A stretch of 64,000 nt of DNA from Candidatus Latescibacterota bacterium. Lineage in GTDB: Bacteria; Latescibacterota; UBA2968. The position numbers and the translations under genes are program-made. The notes under the pieces are model-generated. The model ran no database searches. It saw only the letters and a program-made list of their open reading frames with translations, and had not been told where the DNA came from. Below, piece after piece: positions 10,312 through 20,586 of the stretch (position 1 is the first letter of the stretch; every line of letters begins with the position of its first letter). The stretch lies in NCBI GenBank assembly GCA_965207885.1, contig OZ242311.1, positions 1,856,001 to 1,920,000 of the forward strand. Reading direction: 5' to 3'.

Positions 10312-11763
10312 ATGAGCGACCGACCCAATATCCTGTTCATCAACACCGACCAGCACACCTGGGACGTCATATCAGCCTACGGCAACACACATGTAAAAAC
10401 GCCGCACATCGACCGCCTGCACAACAACGGCATCTCATTTATGCGGTCTTATAGCAGCGACCCCGTCTGCGCCCCTGCGCGAGCGAGCTGGATGACCGGG
10501 CGATACACCTCAGAAGCCGGCACCCCGTTCAACGGCGGCCATCTGCACGAAAACATACCCGACCTCGGCCAGATATTACAACAAAGCGACCACCGCGCAA
10601 TCCACTGCGGCAAATGGCACGTAGATGGCCGAAACGTATATGATAGCTTCGACGTCCTCTACTACGGCCAACAGCGAATCGGGGCAGGCGGCGGCGAATA
10701 CTACGACGCGGCAATGACCCATGCCGTCGTAGATTTTTTAACCACTTGTGACAAAACCGACCCATTTTATCTGCAAGTCTGGTACGTCAACTCCCACGAC
10801 ATCTGCGAATACGGCCACAACTTTGAAACAAAAGAAATGCCCGACGCCATAACCCGGGGCATGCTCACCGAAAAGGACTTACCCCCTCTCCCTGACAATT
10901 TCAATTACGACACGCGCGAAACCGTCTTACACCGCGTATGCAGGCGCATAGACGAATGCCTGATACACTGGCCCATCTTGCGCGCCATGAAAACATGGGA
11001 CGAACGCCAATGGCGAACATTTATATGGCATCACCACCGCTTTGTAGAAAAAGTAGATGGTGAAATCGGCCTGATCTTAACCACCCTTGAGCAAAGCGGC
11101 CTCGCGGACAACACCGTAATCATCTTCAGCGTAGATCACGGCGAAGCCTTTGGACAACACCAGATGTTCCAGAAATTCTCCCTCTACGAAGCCAGCATTC
11201 GCGTACCCTTTATCGTCTCATCACTCGGACACAACCTGAACATCCCCAAAGGCGCATTTGATCACAAACACTTTGTCTCCGGCGTCGATCTCCTCCCCAC
11301 CGTATGCGACTACGCCGGAATCGACCCACCCGAGCATGCGCGGGGAATGAGCGTGCGCCCCCTCGTCGAAGGCCGGGACGTGCCCTGGCGCGACTTTGGC
11401 TTTGTCGAAAGCAACTACTGGGGACGCGCCCTGCTTTTTGATCAATACAAATACGTCTGTGAGTATATTCCCTACGGCGATGAAAAAGACCTGCTCCCAC
11501 CCGGACCCGACCCCGAACGTATCGGCCTCGAACAAATTTTTGACCTCAAGAACGACCCGGGAGAAACGCAAAACCTCGCCTATGACGAAAACAAACGCGC
11601 ATTATTGATGCAATGCCGCCAGGCACTACTGAAATTTGAAGCGGGATTGGAACGGCGGCAAATCACACACGAGCGACCCACCCGTCAAATCGGCAACTGG
11701 GGACAGCGGATTCGGGCGCACTGGGACGCGCATCCCGAATTGGAAGCCATGAGAATTCCCTAA
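10312..11763 (+). CDS. Sulfatase
   Basis: PNILFINTDQH, CAPAR, GKWH, DHG; AGGAG before ATG 10312. Confidence 0.92.
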   Translation: MSDRPNILFINTDQHTWDVISAYGNTHVKTPHIDRLHNNGISFMRSYSSDPVCAPARASWMTGRYTSEAGTPFNGGHLHENIPDLGQILQQSDHRAIHCGKWHVDGRNVYDSFDVLYYGQQRIGAGGGEYYDAAMTHAVVDFLTTCDKTDPFYLQVWYVNSHDICEYGHNFETKEMPDAITRGMLTEKDLPPLPDNFNYDTRETVLHRVCRRIDECLIHWPILRAMKTWDERQWRTFIWHHHRFVEKVDGEIGLILTTLEQSGLADNTVIIFSVDHGEAFGQHQMFQKFSLYEASIRVPFIVSSLGHNLNIPKGAFDHKHFVSGVDLLPTVCDYAGIDPPEHARGMSVRPLVEGRDVPWRDFGFVESNYWGRALLFDQYKYVCEYIPYGDEKDLLPPGPDPERIGLEQIFDLKNDPGETQNLAYDENKRALLMQCRQALLKFEAGLERRQITHERPTRQIGNWGQRIRAHWDAHPELEAMRIP

Positions 11764-11783
11764 AACAGAAAGGACAAAGCACC

Positions 11784-13337
11784 ATGAGCGACACACCAGA
11801 TTACACATCACTCGTACCGCACTACACATTTCCAAACACACTCGAAGAACAACGCGAAGCCCTCGCCACAAATCCGCTATTGCAACGGATGAACGAAGCG
11901 CGAAAAGGTTATGAAGGCGACCCCCACAGACCCATCTACCACTACGTAAACCCAGAACACACACTCAACGACCCCAATGGCATTTGCTTCTGGCAGGGGC
12001 GATGGCATCTGTTTTACCAGGCATATCCCCCCGAAGACCCGCGCCAGCACTGGGGACACGCCATCAGCGACGACTTAATCCACTGGGAAGACTTGCCCTA
12101 TGCGATCTATCCCAATCCCGAACGCTGCTGTTTTTCCGGCTCAACATTCGTAGAAGACGACCGCGTCATCGCCATGTATCACGGCACCATGGTAGGCAAC
12201 ATGGTCGCCGTATCCAGCGACCCCCTGCTCTTGAACTGGGAAAAAGTAACCGGACAAGCCGTGATCCCCATGCAAAATCCCGATGGCTCCACCCCGCCCT
12301 ATCGGGTATTTGATCCGTGCATCTGGAAAAAGGGCGACTTTTACTACTCCCTCTCGGGCGGCACCCTGCCCGGACCGGGCGGCAAACCCAAGCGCGCAAA
12401 CTTCTTGCTCCGCTCACCCGACCTGGCGAACTGGACGTATTTGCATCCATTTGTCGAAGACGACCTCTTCACAATCGTTGGCGACGACGGCGCCTGCCCC
12501 TACTTCTGGCCCATTGGCGATCGCCATATCTTGCTCTTTTACAGCCACATAAGCGGGGGGCAATATCTCCTGGGCGACTACGACAAAGAACGCGACAAAT
12601 TTGTGGTAACAGCGCATGACAAATGCAATTTCGGACCCTCCGCTCCCTGTGGCGTACACGCGCCTTCGGCAACCCCGGATGGAAATGGCAATATCATCGT
12701 CATCTTCAACATGAACCCGGGCAAGCCAACAGAGAACTGGAACCAGATCATGACCTTGCCCCGCAAAATGACCCTCATCGGCGAAGAAGATATACGCATA
12801 GAACCAGCGGGCGACATAGAATCCCTGCGCCGCGATCACCAGCACGTAGAACGCATGACACTCGCTGCCAATAGCGAGATCGTCCTCGACAATATTCAGG
12901 GCAATGCAATGGAGATTGTCGCTGAAATCGACACCAAAAACGCGCCCATGGTCGAAATGGACGTATTGCGGTCACCCAACAAAGAAGAAGTCACGCGCAT
13001 CATGTTCTTCAAAGATCGCGGGCTCAGAAATCGGGCACTCAACACACAGAAAAGCCTGATCACAATCGACTCATCGTGCTCCTCCATCCTACCCGACGTG
13101 CGCACCCGCGCGCCAGAAACCGGTTCGGTCCATATCGAACCGGACGAAACCTTAAAATTGCGCGTATTTGTCGATAAAAGCGTCGTAGAAGTATTTGTAA
13201 ACGGCAAACAATGCGTGGCATTGCGCGTCTATCCCGGACGCGAAGACAGCACTGGCGTCTCCCTGCGATCACAGGGGCAGGACAGCGAACTCCTATCACT
13301 CGACGCCTATCAGATGGAGAATATCTACACATCATAG
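11784..13337 (+). CDS. Glycoside hydrolase family 32
   Basis: LNDPNG, WHLFYQ, WGHA, FSGS, FDP, CP, C-terminal 'VDKSVVEVF'. Confidence 0.88.
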   Translation: MSDTPDYTSLVPHYTFPNTLEEQREALATNPLLQRMNEARKGYEGDPHRPIYHYVNPEHTLNDPNGICFWQGRWHLFYQAYPPEDPRQHWGHAISDDLIHWEDLPYAIYPNPERCCFSGSTFVEDDRVIAMYHGTMVGNMVAVSSDPLLLNWEKVTGQAVIPMQNPDGSTPPYRVFDPCIWKKGDFYYSLSGGTLPGPGGKPKRANFLLRSPDLANWTYLHPFVEDDLFTIVGDDGACPYFWPIGDRHILLFYSHISGGQYLLGDYDKERDKFVVTAHDKCNFGPSAPCGVHAPSATPDGNGNIIVIFNMNPGKPTENWNQIMTLPRKMTLIGEEDIRIEPAGDIESLRRDHQHVERMTLAANSEIVLDNIQGNAMEIVAEIDTKNAPMVEMDVLRSPNKEEVTRIMFFKDRGLRNRALNTQKSLITIDSSCSSILPDVRTRAPETGSVHIEPDETLKLRVFVDKSVVEVFVNGKQCVALRVYPGREDSTGVSLRSQGQDSELLSLDAYQMENIYTS

Positions 13338-13353
13338 ACAACCCCACCCACAA

Positions 13354-13392
13354 AAAAATCCCCCGACGCCACAATAGCACCGGGGGATTTTT
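13354..13392. terminator. Bidirectional intrinsic terminator between convergent genes
   Basis: AAAATCCCCCG...CGGGGGATTTT stem with A/T tails on both sides. Confidence 0.7.
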
Positions 13393-13405
13393 GTTGTACG
13401 CTCTA

Positions 13406-14677
13406 CTATTCATTCTCATATCGCGCGGCGTAAATCGTGAGTTTGGTCGCCTCTCCGATTTGTTCGAGCTCTGGGCGGCGTCCAGATAGACGCAGGCTAT
13501 CTCTCACCAGGTTCAAGAACCCTTCTCCTCTCGCTTCCATAAAGCTGCTGCCGGTCAGCATGCTCTTGTAATCGCGCATAAAACCCGCCAGAAGTTGATT
13601 GCGGCGAACGGGCTGACAGCCCGCGTATAAATTCTCAATAGTCAGCGTGTTGTAGAGCGCACCCGGATTCTGAAACTCAATTCGGTCGGGAAACATGCGA
13701 ATGATAATCTGCGAACCCGCAATTTCGTAATCCCGATGCACAACCGCGTTCACAACAGCTTCCTGAAGTGCTGTGAGTGCGTAACTCGGATAATCCCTTC
13801 GGCCATCTCTATCCTTCCTGGAAACCGTCGGAACCAGAGGAGAAACCCGTAAATAGGACACCACTTGGGCGATCTGTTCAGGCACTGGTCCGACGAATCG
13901 GTTGCTATCCACAGTATTGCCATCGGGCGTATCGTGGGTATATACGGCCAAATCGATATAAGCACCGTATATATATCGCTCGGGCTGTTCTGCAAATAGC
14001 AACACCCCGAGGTATGTCGGCGTCACACCCGAGTCGAGCACTGCGGCGAGTTTGTGGGCCACGAGAGTGGAGCCCCAGTCATCTGGCTCGGACCAATCCG
14101 AGAAGCGATCACGGAAGTATTTTTCCAGCCGAATCTCGCTCAGATCATCCAGACTACTGCCCAACAGCGGTCGTTCCTCAATCGGACTGGTCAGACGACG
14201 CGCACTCAACAGACGGGCAAGTCGCTCCGGAGGAATGGATTGCCGGTGGCTACCCAACCGTTGAAGATAGCGTCCATCGCTCGTTTGATGTACATCGAAC
14301 CTCGACATGGGGATCTCAACAATCAAACAGAGTTTTGGGACATCCTCTTCTCCGGGCAGATATTCCCAATCCAACGCCGGGACAATCATCGGCTTACAGT
14401 TATTCAGCGCCACATTGACTACAAATTGCTCCAGAAGATCGCGCTTTTCGGGCTCGATACCGACTGGCATGCGATCGCTATTGCGCACACCTATCACAAC
14501 CACGCCACCCTTCGTATTCGCCATGCTGACAAATACCTTGGCAAGTCTGGATGTGGCGCGCCCTTCTTCCCTCGCAAAGGAAATTCTGTCTCCCCGAAAC
14601 ACAATCTCCTTTAATTCGAGTTCAGTATCTTCTCCGGCCCGAATAGAAGCCAAGCGTTCTTGTTTATTCATCTTCAC
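13406..14677 (-). CDS. Schlafen/AlbA_2 domain + HATPase_c_4 protein
   Basis: GE..ELELK, SMANTKGGVVVIGV, ALQEAVVNAVVHRDY, DRIEFQNPG, RN.LLA, EARGEG. Confidence 0.85.
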   Translation of the reverse strand: MKMNKQERLASIRAGEDTELELKEIVFRGDRISFAREEGRATSRLAKVFVSMANTKGGVVVIGVRNSDRMPVGIEPEKRDLLEQFVVNVALNNCKPMIVPALDWEYLPGEEDVPKLCLIVEIPMSRFDVHQTSDGRYLQRLGSHRQSIPPERLARLLSARRLTSPIEERPLLGSSLDDLSEIRLEKYFRDRFSDWSEPDDWGSTLVAHKLAAVLDSGVTPTYLGVLLFAEQPERYIYGAYIDLAVYTHDTPDGNTVDSNRFVGPVPEQIAQVVSYLRVSPLVPTVSRKDRDGRRDYPSYALTALQEAVVNAVVHRDYEIAGSQIIIRMFPDRIEFQNPGALYNTLTIENLYAGCQPVRRNQLLAGFMRDYKSMLTGSSFMEARGEGFLNLVRDSLRLSGRRPELEQIGEATKLTIYAARYENE

Positions 14678-14689
14678 TTCGTTCCGTAT

Positions 14690-15856
14690 TTACGACACAG
14701 TCTGGAAACGCTCCCACGCCTCGCCAGCCGCTGCCGCTTGCCGCTCCAGTTCACCGCGCCAACCGATCACCTCGCCAGCTTTGACGCGCTTGATATCAAA
14801 TCCCGGATACCGGTCCTCGAGCGTATCCCCGAGCTTCGTTCTCTCGGCCCAGCGATCCCACGCCGTCTTCATCCACTCGTGTGGCAGTGCTTCTCGCACA
14901 GCGGGATCGAGCTGCCATGCATGCCGCACATCGCTCACAGAGGGCTCCTCTTCAGATGGTCCCGACCACTTCGACCAACCAATTGACAACGTATTGCGCT
15001 CGCGACCGGGAACCGTGTGCCCCGTATGGATCGTTGCCCCATTTCGGATAAGCGCTTCCCCAGCCTTAAGCCGGATCGCCACCTGTCCCGGCAATGGATC
15101 TTCGCCATTCCAACTCGGCGTATGCGGCACCCCCTGCTCCTTCACCGCCTTCGGCAAAAGCACATCGTGCTCAAACGGCGTACGCCACCGATTGTGACTC
15201 CCCGGCACAAGCTCGTGACACTCATCATCCGCCAATGCCAAAAACATACTCACGCCATTCCGCTCTTTAAGAGACTTCGCATTATTTGCGCGGATCTCTT
15301 CCCAGCGCTTCCTCTCAACCTCCTCGGAATACGCCTCTGGATCACTACCCCGCTCATCCCGCTGTGCAAAATAGCGCTCCCCCGTGCCCCACCACGTCAC
15401 ATCCCGGTGCCAGCTCAGCTTATTCTCTTTCTGTCGGGGATTGCACCACAGCAACAAACCACCCAGCACCATATCTTCTGGCTCCAGCCCGTCACACCAC
15501 GAATGAACGAAATTCAGAAAATCTGGCGAACCGTGGAACTCGGCAAAACACGGCTCTCCAAAAGCCGGATGGATAAGCCCCCGAATCGCCCACGGCTCAT
15601 CATTGCCCGTGCGGTGTACATAGCCCTTCGAGCAATCGATCTCGTCGTACCCCTTCTCTGGCGCGCACGCCTCGGTAACGCGGCGACCCGCCTCACGGAG
15701 AACGGGAATCCAGGGATTATCGACAAAATCGTTAATAATGACAAACCCATGCTCCTCCAGATGCGCCAATCGCTCTGGCGTAGCCCCGGGCGCCGAAAGC
15801 TCAGGCTTGAAATCGGCAAAAGCCGCAGCGCGATAAACTGATTGAGAACTGGACAT
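14690..15856 (-). CDS. PhyH family dioxygenase
   Basis: 'LEEHGFVII', WHRD, LVPGSH, IHTG. Start placed at MSSSQ (15856). Confidence 0.8.
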   Translation of the reverse strand: MSSSQSVYRAAAFADFKPELSAPGATPERLAHLEEHGFVIINDFVDNPWIPVLREAGRRVTEACAPEKGYDEIDCSKGYVHRTGNDEPWAIRGLIHPAFGEPCFAEFHGSPDFLNFVHSWCDGLEPEDMVLGGLLLWCNPRQKENKLSWHRDVTWWGTGERYFAQRDERGSDPEAYSEEVERKRWEEIRANNAKSLKERNGVSMFLALADDECHELVPGSHNRWRTPFEHDVLLPKAVKEQGVPHTPSWNGEDPLPGQVAIRLKAGEALIRNGATIHTGHTVPGRERNTLSIGWSKWSGPSEEEPSVSDVRHAWQLDPAVREALPHEWMKTAWDRWAERTKLGDTLEDRYPGFDIKRVKAGEVIGWRGELERQAAAAGEAWERFQTVS

Positions 15857-16071
15857 CTTCAATCCTTTCGCCCCAGGCCATATTATCTCAGCACTGAGGT
15901 CATCGTAAGGGTGATAAATCTGCCTTCCTCCGCTCCCCGTGAAATTATGGCATGAAACAAAAAAATTATCAAGCGTTTTGCTATTCGCAAGAAGTAAAAA
16001 TGTTGCTTTTTTTAAAAACTGGTATAATTTTGGACGAGATAAAATTGAAACGCGAACCTGAGGAGAACGCA

Positions 16072-16818
16072 ATGGAACTAACCAAAAGCCAAAAGCGCTT
16101 CTTTTACGAAGAAGGCTATCTCAAAGTCTCGGGCGCTGTGCCCCGCGCGATGGTAGATGCGGCGCGGCAGGCCATCAATGCCGAAATAGGCAAAGGAAAT
16201 ACCAACCCATTTCCCGAAATTAACGCCACACCAGTCATTACAGACCTGTTCAACGAAACACCCGCTTTCTCTCTCCTCGAATCCGCATTGGGAGAAGGCA
16301 ATCTGCAGCGCAGTCAGGTAGGAAGTATCAAACTCAATTTCCCGCGCCCACCGGGTAGCCTTCCAAAAGATACTTTAACGGAAAAAATTGGATGGGGCCG
16401 AAGTGGCGGTCATCTGGACGGCATTAAAGCCGTAGGCGCCCGGTTGCGAGGATTGCGCGAAGACGGAACTTATAACCGGAATTTTACATCTTTTGCCGTA
16501 GTATATCTCGACGATGTCCCCGTTCCCAATGGCGGCAATTTTACCGTATGGCCCAAATCGCATCACTTCTTTGAAAACTACTTCAAAGAACACGGGCATC
16601 AGATCCTGGACGACCACATGCCCCACGTCGAACTACCCGAAGGTCCGACATTTGTAACTGGGGAAGCAGGTGACGTAATCTTTGCCCATCACGCCATGGT
16701 ACACACCGGCTGCCCCAACACCTCACCAGACATTCGATACGCCGTAATCTTCAGGACCAAACACACACAAATCGACGAAATTGGAGTAGATGCCTTCACC
16801 GATATATGGCGCGAATAG
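16072..16818 (+). CDS. PhyH family dioxygenase (possibly C-terminally truncated by TAG)
   Basis: FYEEGYL, HLD, VYLDD, VWPKSH, H..CPN..DIR; GAGGAG RBS before 16072. Confidence 0.85.
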   Translation: MELTKSQKRFFYEEGYLKVSGAVPRAMVDAARQAINAEIGKGNTNPFPEINATPVITDLFNETPAFSLLESALGEGNLQRSQVGSIKLNFPRPPGSLPKDTLTEKIGWGRSGGHLDGIKAVGARLRGLREDGTYNRNFTSFAVVYLDDVPVPNGGNFTVWPKSHHFFENYFKEHGHQILDDHMPHVELPEGPTFVTGEAGDVIFAHHAMVHTGCPNTSPDIRYAVIFRTKHTQIDEIGVDAFTDIWRE

Positions 16819-16870
16819 GATGGTGTACGCGAGGCCGTTGACGCAGTATAATCACAGAAAGGAACCTATT

Positions 16871-17758
16871 ATGAAATCCGCAACTGACTTTGATCAAGAA
16901 CTTCTCGACCTCTACGATGAATATGTCCACGGACAAACAGATCGGCGGGGCTTCTTAAACCGCGCTGCAAAATTCGCAGTCGGCGGCGTAACCGCTGCCG
17001 CTCTGTTAGACAGTCTAAAGCCCAATTACGCGCTTGCGCAACAAATCGCCACAGACGACGAGCGCATCACCGCCGAATACATAGAATACCCGTCACCAGA
17101 AGGACACGAAAAAACCCGCGGATACCTCGTCGCCCCAGCACAGGCAGAAGGCAAAGTACCCGGCGTCGTTGTCATCCACGAAAATCGCGGCTTAAATCCC
17201 TACGTAGAAGACGTAGCCCGGCGCGTGGCAACGGCAGGCTTTCTGGCTCTTGCCCCCGACGCACTCGCGCCCCTCGGCGGATATCCCGGCACAGATGACG
17301 AAGGGCGACTCATGCAACGCGAGATAGATCGCAATAAAATGACAGAAGATTTTATCGCCTCTGCGCGTTATTTACACACACACGAAAAATGCACCGGAAA
17401 AGTCGGCGTCGTAGGCTTCTGCTTTGGCGGTGGCATGTCAAACACCCTTGCCGTGCGCATCCCCGACATCATCTCCGCCGCAGTTCCCTTTTACGGCCGC
17501 CAACCCGCTGTCGAAGATGTGCCAAAAATAAAAGGCGCCTTGCTCATCCACTATGCCGAACTGGACAGACGTATCAACCGGGGCTGGCCCGCTTATGAAG
17601 CCGCGCTCAAAGAAGCAGGCGTGAGTTACACGGCTCATATATACGAAAACGCCAACCACGGATTTCACAATGACACAACGCCGCGCTATGACGAAGCGGC
17701 TGCAAAGCTCGCCTGGCAACGCACAATTGACTTTTTTAATGAAACGTTGAAGGAATAG
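16871..17758 (+). CDS. yghX: Dienelactone hydrolase family, YghX-like
   Basis: YDEYVHG..DRRGFL N-terminus, [24 protein letters not shown]. Confidence 0.85.
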   Translation: MKSATDFDQELLDLYDEYVHGQTDRRGFLNRAAKFAVGGVTAAALLDSLKPNYALAQQIATDDERITAEYIEYPSPEGHEKTRGYLVAPAQAEGKVPGVVVIHENRGLNPYVEDVARRVATAGFLALAPDALAPLGGYPGTDDEGRLMQREIDRNKMTEDFIASARYLHTHEKCTGKVGVVGFCFGGGMSNTLAVRIPDIISAAVPFYGRQPAVEDVPKIKGALLIHYAELDRRINRGWPAYEAALKEAGVSYTAHIYENANHGFHNDTTPRYDEAAAKLAWQRTIDFFNETLKE

Positions 17759-17778
17759 CTTCTTAACAAGGAATCTTC

Positions 17779-19410
17779 ATGAACGGCATTGAATATATCG
17801 CTCGCATATTGAAGCAAGAAGGCGTCGAATGGATCTCCTGTTATCCCAGCAATCCCCTGATCGAGGCCGCAGCCCAAGAAAGCATTCGTCCAATCGCATT
17901 TCGGCATGAACGCGGGGCAGTCATGGCCGCAGACGGCTTTAGCCGCACCAGCAACCGACAGCGATTTGGCGTCGTAGCAATACAGGCACAAGCAGGTGCC
18001 GAAAACGCAATGGGTGGCATCGCCCAGGCTTATGCCGACAACGTCCCAATTCTGGTCCTCCCAGGCGGCGTAAGACTGAATCAAATCGCAGTCCGTCCCA
18101 ATTTTTCCGCAACCCACACCTATCGCGGATGGGTCAAACGCGTTGAAGCGATCTATCGACCAGAAGATGTCGGCACCGTAATGCGGCGCGCATTCCACGC
18201 GCTTCGCAATGGTATTTCGGGTCCAGTCGTAGTCGAAATGACCTCCGACGTCTGCGCAGAGGAAATACCCGCCGACGCGCAAAATTATCACTCGCCAAAA
18301 CGCGCACAACAGGTGCCCTCGTCCGGAGACATCAAAGATGCCGTCACAGCACTACTCGCCGCAAAAAACCCCGTAATCTGGGCGGGACACGGGGTCGTAT
18401 TTGCCGGTGCAACAGATGAAATAGAAGAACTGGCCGACCTGACCGCCACACCCGTATTCTGCACCATGCCCGGCAAATCGGCCTTTGACGAACGCCATCC
18501 ACTCGCCCTCGGCGCTGGCAGCGGCGCAACCACGGGACCTGTACACCACTGGCTCAAAAATTGCGACGTACTCCTCGCACTCGGATCCAGTTTAACCCGC
18601 ACCTCTTATGCCCAATCCGTCCCCCCCGCCAAAGTACTCATCCAAAACACCGATAACCCAGATGACATCAACAAAGACGAAGCCGTAGATATCGGATTGA
18701 TCGGCGATGTCAAACTCACCCTGCAAGCGATCATAGACGAAGTAAAAGCGCAAATCGGCGAACCCAGAAATTCTGATCAGATCGCCGCCGAAATCGCACA
18801 TGCCAAAAAGCAATGGCTCGACACCTGGACACCCTTGCTAACCTCAAATGAAGAACCCCTCAACCCCTATCGCGTCATCAACGAAATCAACAACACACTC
18901 GACCGCGAAAACAGCATTGTCACACACGACGCCGGTGCCCCCCGCGACTCAATCGTGCCATTTTACACCGCAACCACGCCCCACAGCTACATCGGCTGGG
19001 GCAAAACAACCCACCTCGGTTTCGGCATCCCACTGATGATCGGCGCCAAACTCGCCCACCCCGACAAATTCTGTCTCAACATGATGGGAGATGGCGCCTT
19101 CGGCATGTCCGGCCTGGACATCGAAACATCTGCCCGTGCAGGCATTCCCATTACAACCGTACTTTTGAACAACGGGGGCATGGCGACCTATCCCGGTGGC
19201 TTTCCCACGGCACGCGAACGCTATGGCGTCTCCAATATGCAGGGCAACTACGCCCAAATTGCCGAAGGCATGGGTGCTGTGGGCATCACCGTCAAAAAAG
19301 TGGGCGAAATGCGCCCCGCATTACAAGAAGCACAGTGCTTAAACGCCGATGGCAAAACCGTGCTTATCGATGTGCATACCAGCATGGAGAGCAAACAATC
19401 GCGGTTTTGA
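17779..19410 (+). CDS. Thiamine pyrophosphate-dependent enzyme (acetolactate synthase-like family)
   Basis: RHE..AVMAADG, GDGAFG-X-LNN TPP-binding motif. Confidence 0.9.
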   Translation: MNGIEYIARILKQEGVEWISCYPSNPLIEAAAQESIRPIAFRHERGAVMAADGFSRTSNRQRFGVVAIQAQAGAENAMGGIAQAYADNVPILVLPGGVRLNQIAVRPNFSATHTYRGWVKRVEAIYRPEDVGTVMRRAFHALRNGISGPVVVEMTSDVCAEEIPADAQNYHSPKRAQQVPSSGDIKDAVTALLAAKNPVIWAGHGVVFAGATDEIEELADLTATPVFCTMPGKSAFDERHPLALGAGSGATTGPVHHWLKNCDVLLALGSSLTRTSYAQSVPPAKVLIQNTDNPDDINKDEAVDIGLIGDVKLTLQAIIDEVKAQIGEPRNSDQIAAEIAHAKKQWLDTWTPLLTSNEEPLNPYRVINEINNTLDRENSIVTHDAGAPRDSIVPFYTATTPHSYIGWGKTTHLGFGIPLMIGAKLAHPDKFCLNMMGDGAFGMSGLDIETSARAGIPITTVLLNNGGMATYPGGFPTARERYGVSNMQGNYAQIAEGMGAVGITVKKVGEMRPALQEAQCLNADGKTVLIDVHTSMESKQSRF

Positions 19411-19471
19411 TCACTGGCGAAACATTTAGCAGTATAAACCAAAAAACCACGCCCAAAGGACGTGGTTTTTT
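19292..19471 (+). repeat. Copy 1 (native) of TPP-gene 3' end plus terminator
   Basis: Direct repeats at 20422-20584 and 24668-24860; hairpin alone at 39252-39281. Confidence 0.9.
19441..19471. terminator. Bidirectional intrinsic terminator
   Basis: AAAAAACCACG-CCCAAAGGA-CGTGGTTTTTT. Confidence 0.8.
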
Positions 19472-19640
19472 AGTTAGTAGAAGATGCAATTTTAGAGATG
19501 AGGAATCAAGCCCAAGCGACTGAGCTTTTAGGTATCTCAAGAATGATGCGAAATAGGTTTGCTATTCCCGCTTCGTCCTCAAGGTGCATGCGAATAAAAT
19601 TGAATCCGCTTTCCCGCTTCAGGATAGATAGGCGGTCTTC

Positions 19641-19910
19641 TCAGATATCCAATTGGTCCCAATCTGGAGGCGTTTGGCTGGGAATTTGTTTGCTCATAAC
19701 AGCGTCAAACGCCTCCAGAATTTCTCGTTTATCTTTACCGGCATATTGGTTTTGAAAAAAGGCTGTGGTTTCAAGCTCGGCAATTTCGCGCGCAAAAGCA
19801 TAAATCGCAAACTGATTCATAGACACGCCCTGTTTTTCCGCTGTCTTTTCTATTCTCTCTTTGAGGTCCTTCGGCACGCGAATGGTCAGTACGTGACTCT
19901 TTTTATGCAT
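19641..19910 (-). CDS. RHH (HicB-like) antitoxin
   Basis: LTIRVPKDLKERIEKTAEKQGVSMNQF; overlaps the toxin stop. Confidence 0.8.
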   Translation of the reverse strand: MHKKSHVLTIRVPKDLKERIEKTAEKQGVSMNQFAIYAFAREIAELETTAFFQNQYAGKDKREILEAFDAVMSKQIPSQTPPDWDQLDI

Positions 19911-20340
19911 AACGTTGTCTCCAATATCGAGCAAATTGAGCTGGCGTAATGATGTCGAACTGGTCAAATATCAATTCCGTTCCTTTTGTAAAATCATTGA
20001 CATTTTGAGTAATGATATATCGCGCATTGCTTGCGAAAGCCAGATCAATGAACATATTATCGTTCTCATCGCGAAGATTTGGTCGCATAAGAAAGTGGAT
20101 GGGGATAGGCTTGCCAATATACGCGATAAATCGAAGAACCGATTCTATCTCCTCGCGCGTTCGTTTGAGGTCCCGAAGTGTGTTTGGGCGCAACAGAACA
20201 TCTGAATATTCTAAAAAGACAGGGATTGATAGGGGCAAATCGAGGCGATAAGCGCGAATGAGTTGTAAAATATAATTTGATGCTCCTGCGATATTTCGCA
20301 GTGCCTGATAGAGTACATTGGTATCCATTACAATTCTCAT
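19903..20340 (-). CDS. PIN-domain toxin
   Basis: IVMDTNV, EY..VL, RDENDN, ITQNVNDF acidic PIN residues. Confidence 0.88.
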   Translation of the reverse strand: MRIVMDTNVLYQALRNIAGASNYILQLIRAYRLDLPLSIPVFLEYSDVLLRPNTLRDLKRTREEIESVLRFIAYIGKPIPIHFLMRPNLRDENDNMFIDLAFASNARYIITQNVNDFTKGTELIFDQFDIITPAQFARYWRQRYA

Positions 20341-20346
20341 GCTAAA

Positions 20347-20375
20347 ATGATAGTATATATGCTATCAAGTGTCAA
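20347..20375 (-). promoter_or_regulatory. sigma70 promoter with overlapping operator, likely leaderless
   Basis: TTGACA-N17-TATCAT ending 6 nt before ATG; palindrome TGATAG-N8-CTATCA in the spacer. Confidence 0.7.
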
Positions 20376-20421
20376 GAATATATTGTGATGGACAGATATA
20401 CGCGGATGGACCTACTTTGCC

Positions 20422-20584
20422 AATGCGCCCTGCATTACAAGAAGCACAGCACTTAAATGCCGATGGCAAAACCGTGCTGATTGATGTGCATACCAGTATG
20501 GAGAGCAAACAATCGCGGTTTTGATCCCCATCGAAAACATTAGCATCATAAATAAAAAACCACGCCCAAAGGACGTGGTTTTTT
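20422..20584 (+). repeat. Copy 2 of TPP-gene 3' end plus terminator
   Basis: Encodes MRPALQEAQHLNADGKTVLIDVHTSMESKQSRF*, followed by the same hairpin. Confidence 0.9.
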
Positions 20585-20586
20585 GG

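Noticed and set aside
16816-16818. Pyrrolysine or recoded TAG
   Set aside because: Other genes here use TAG as a normal stop, and no pyl genes are visible.
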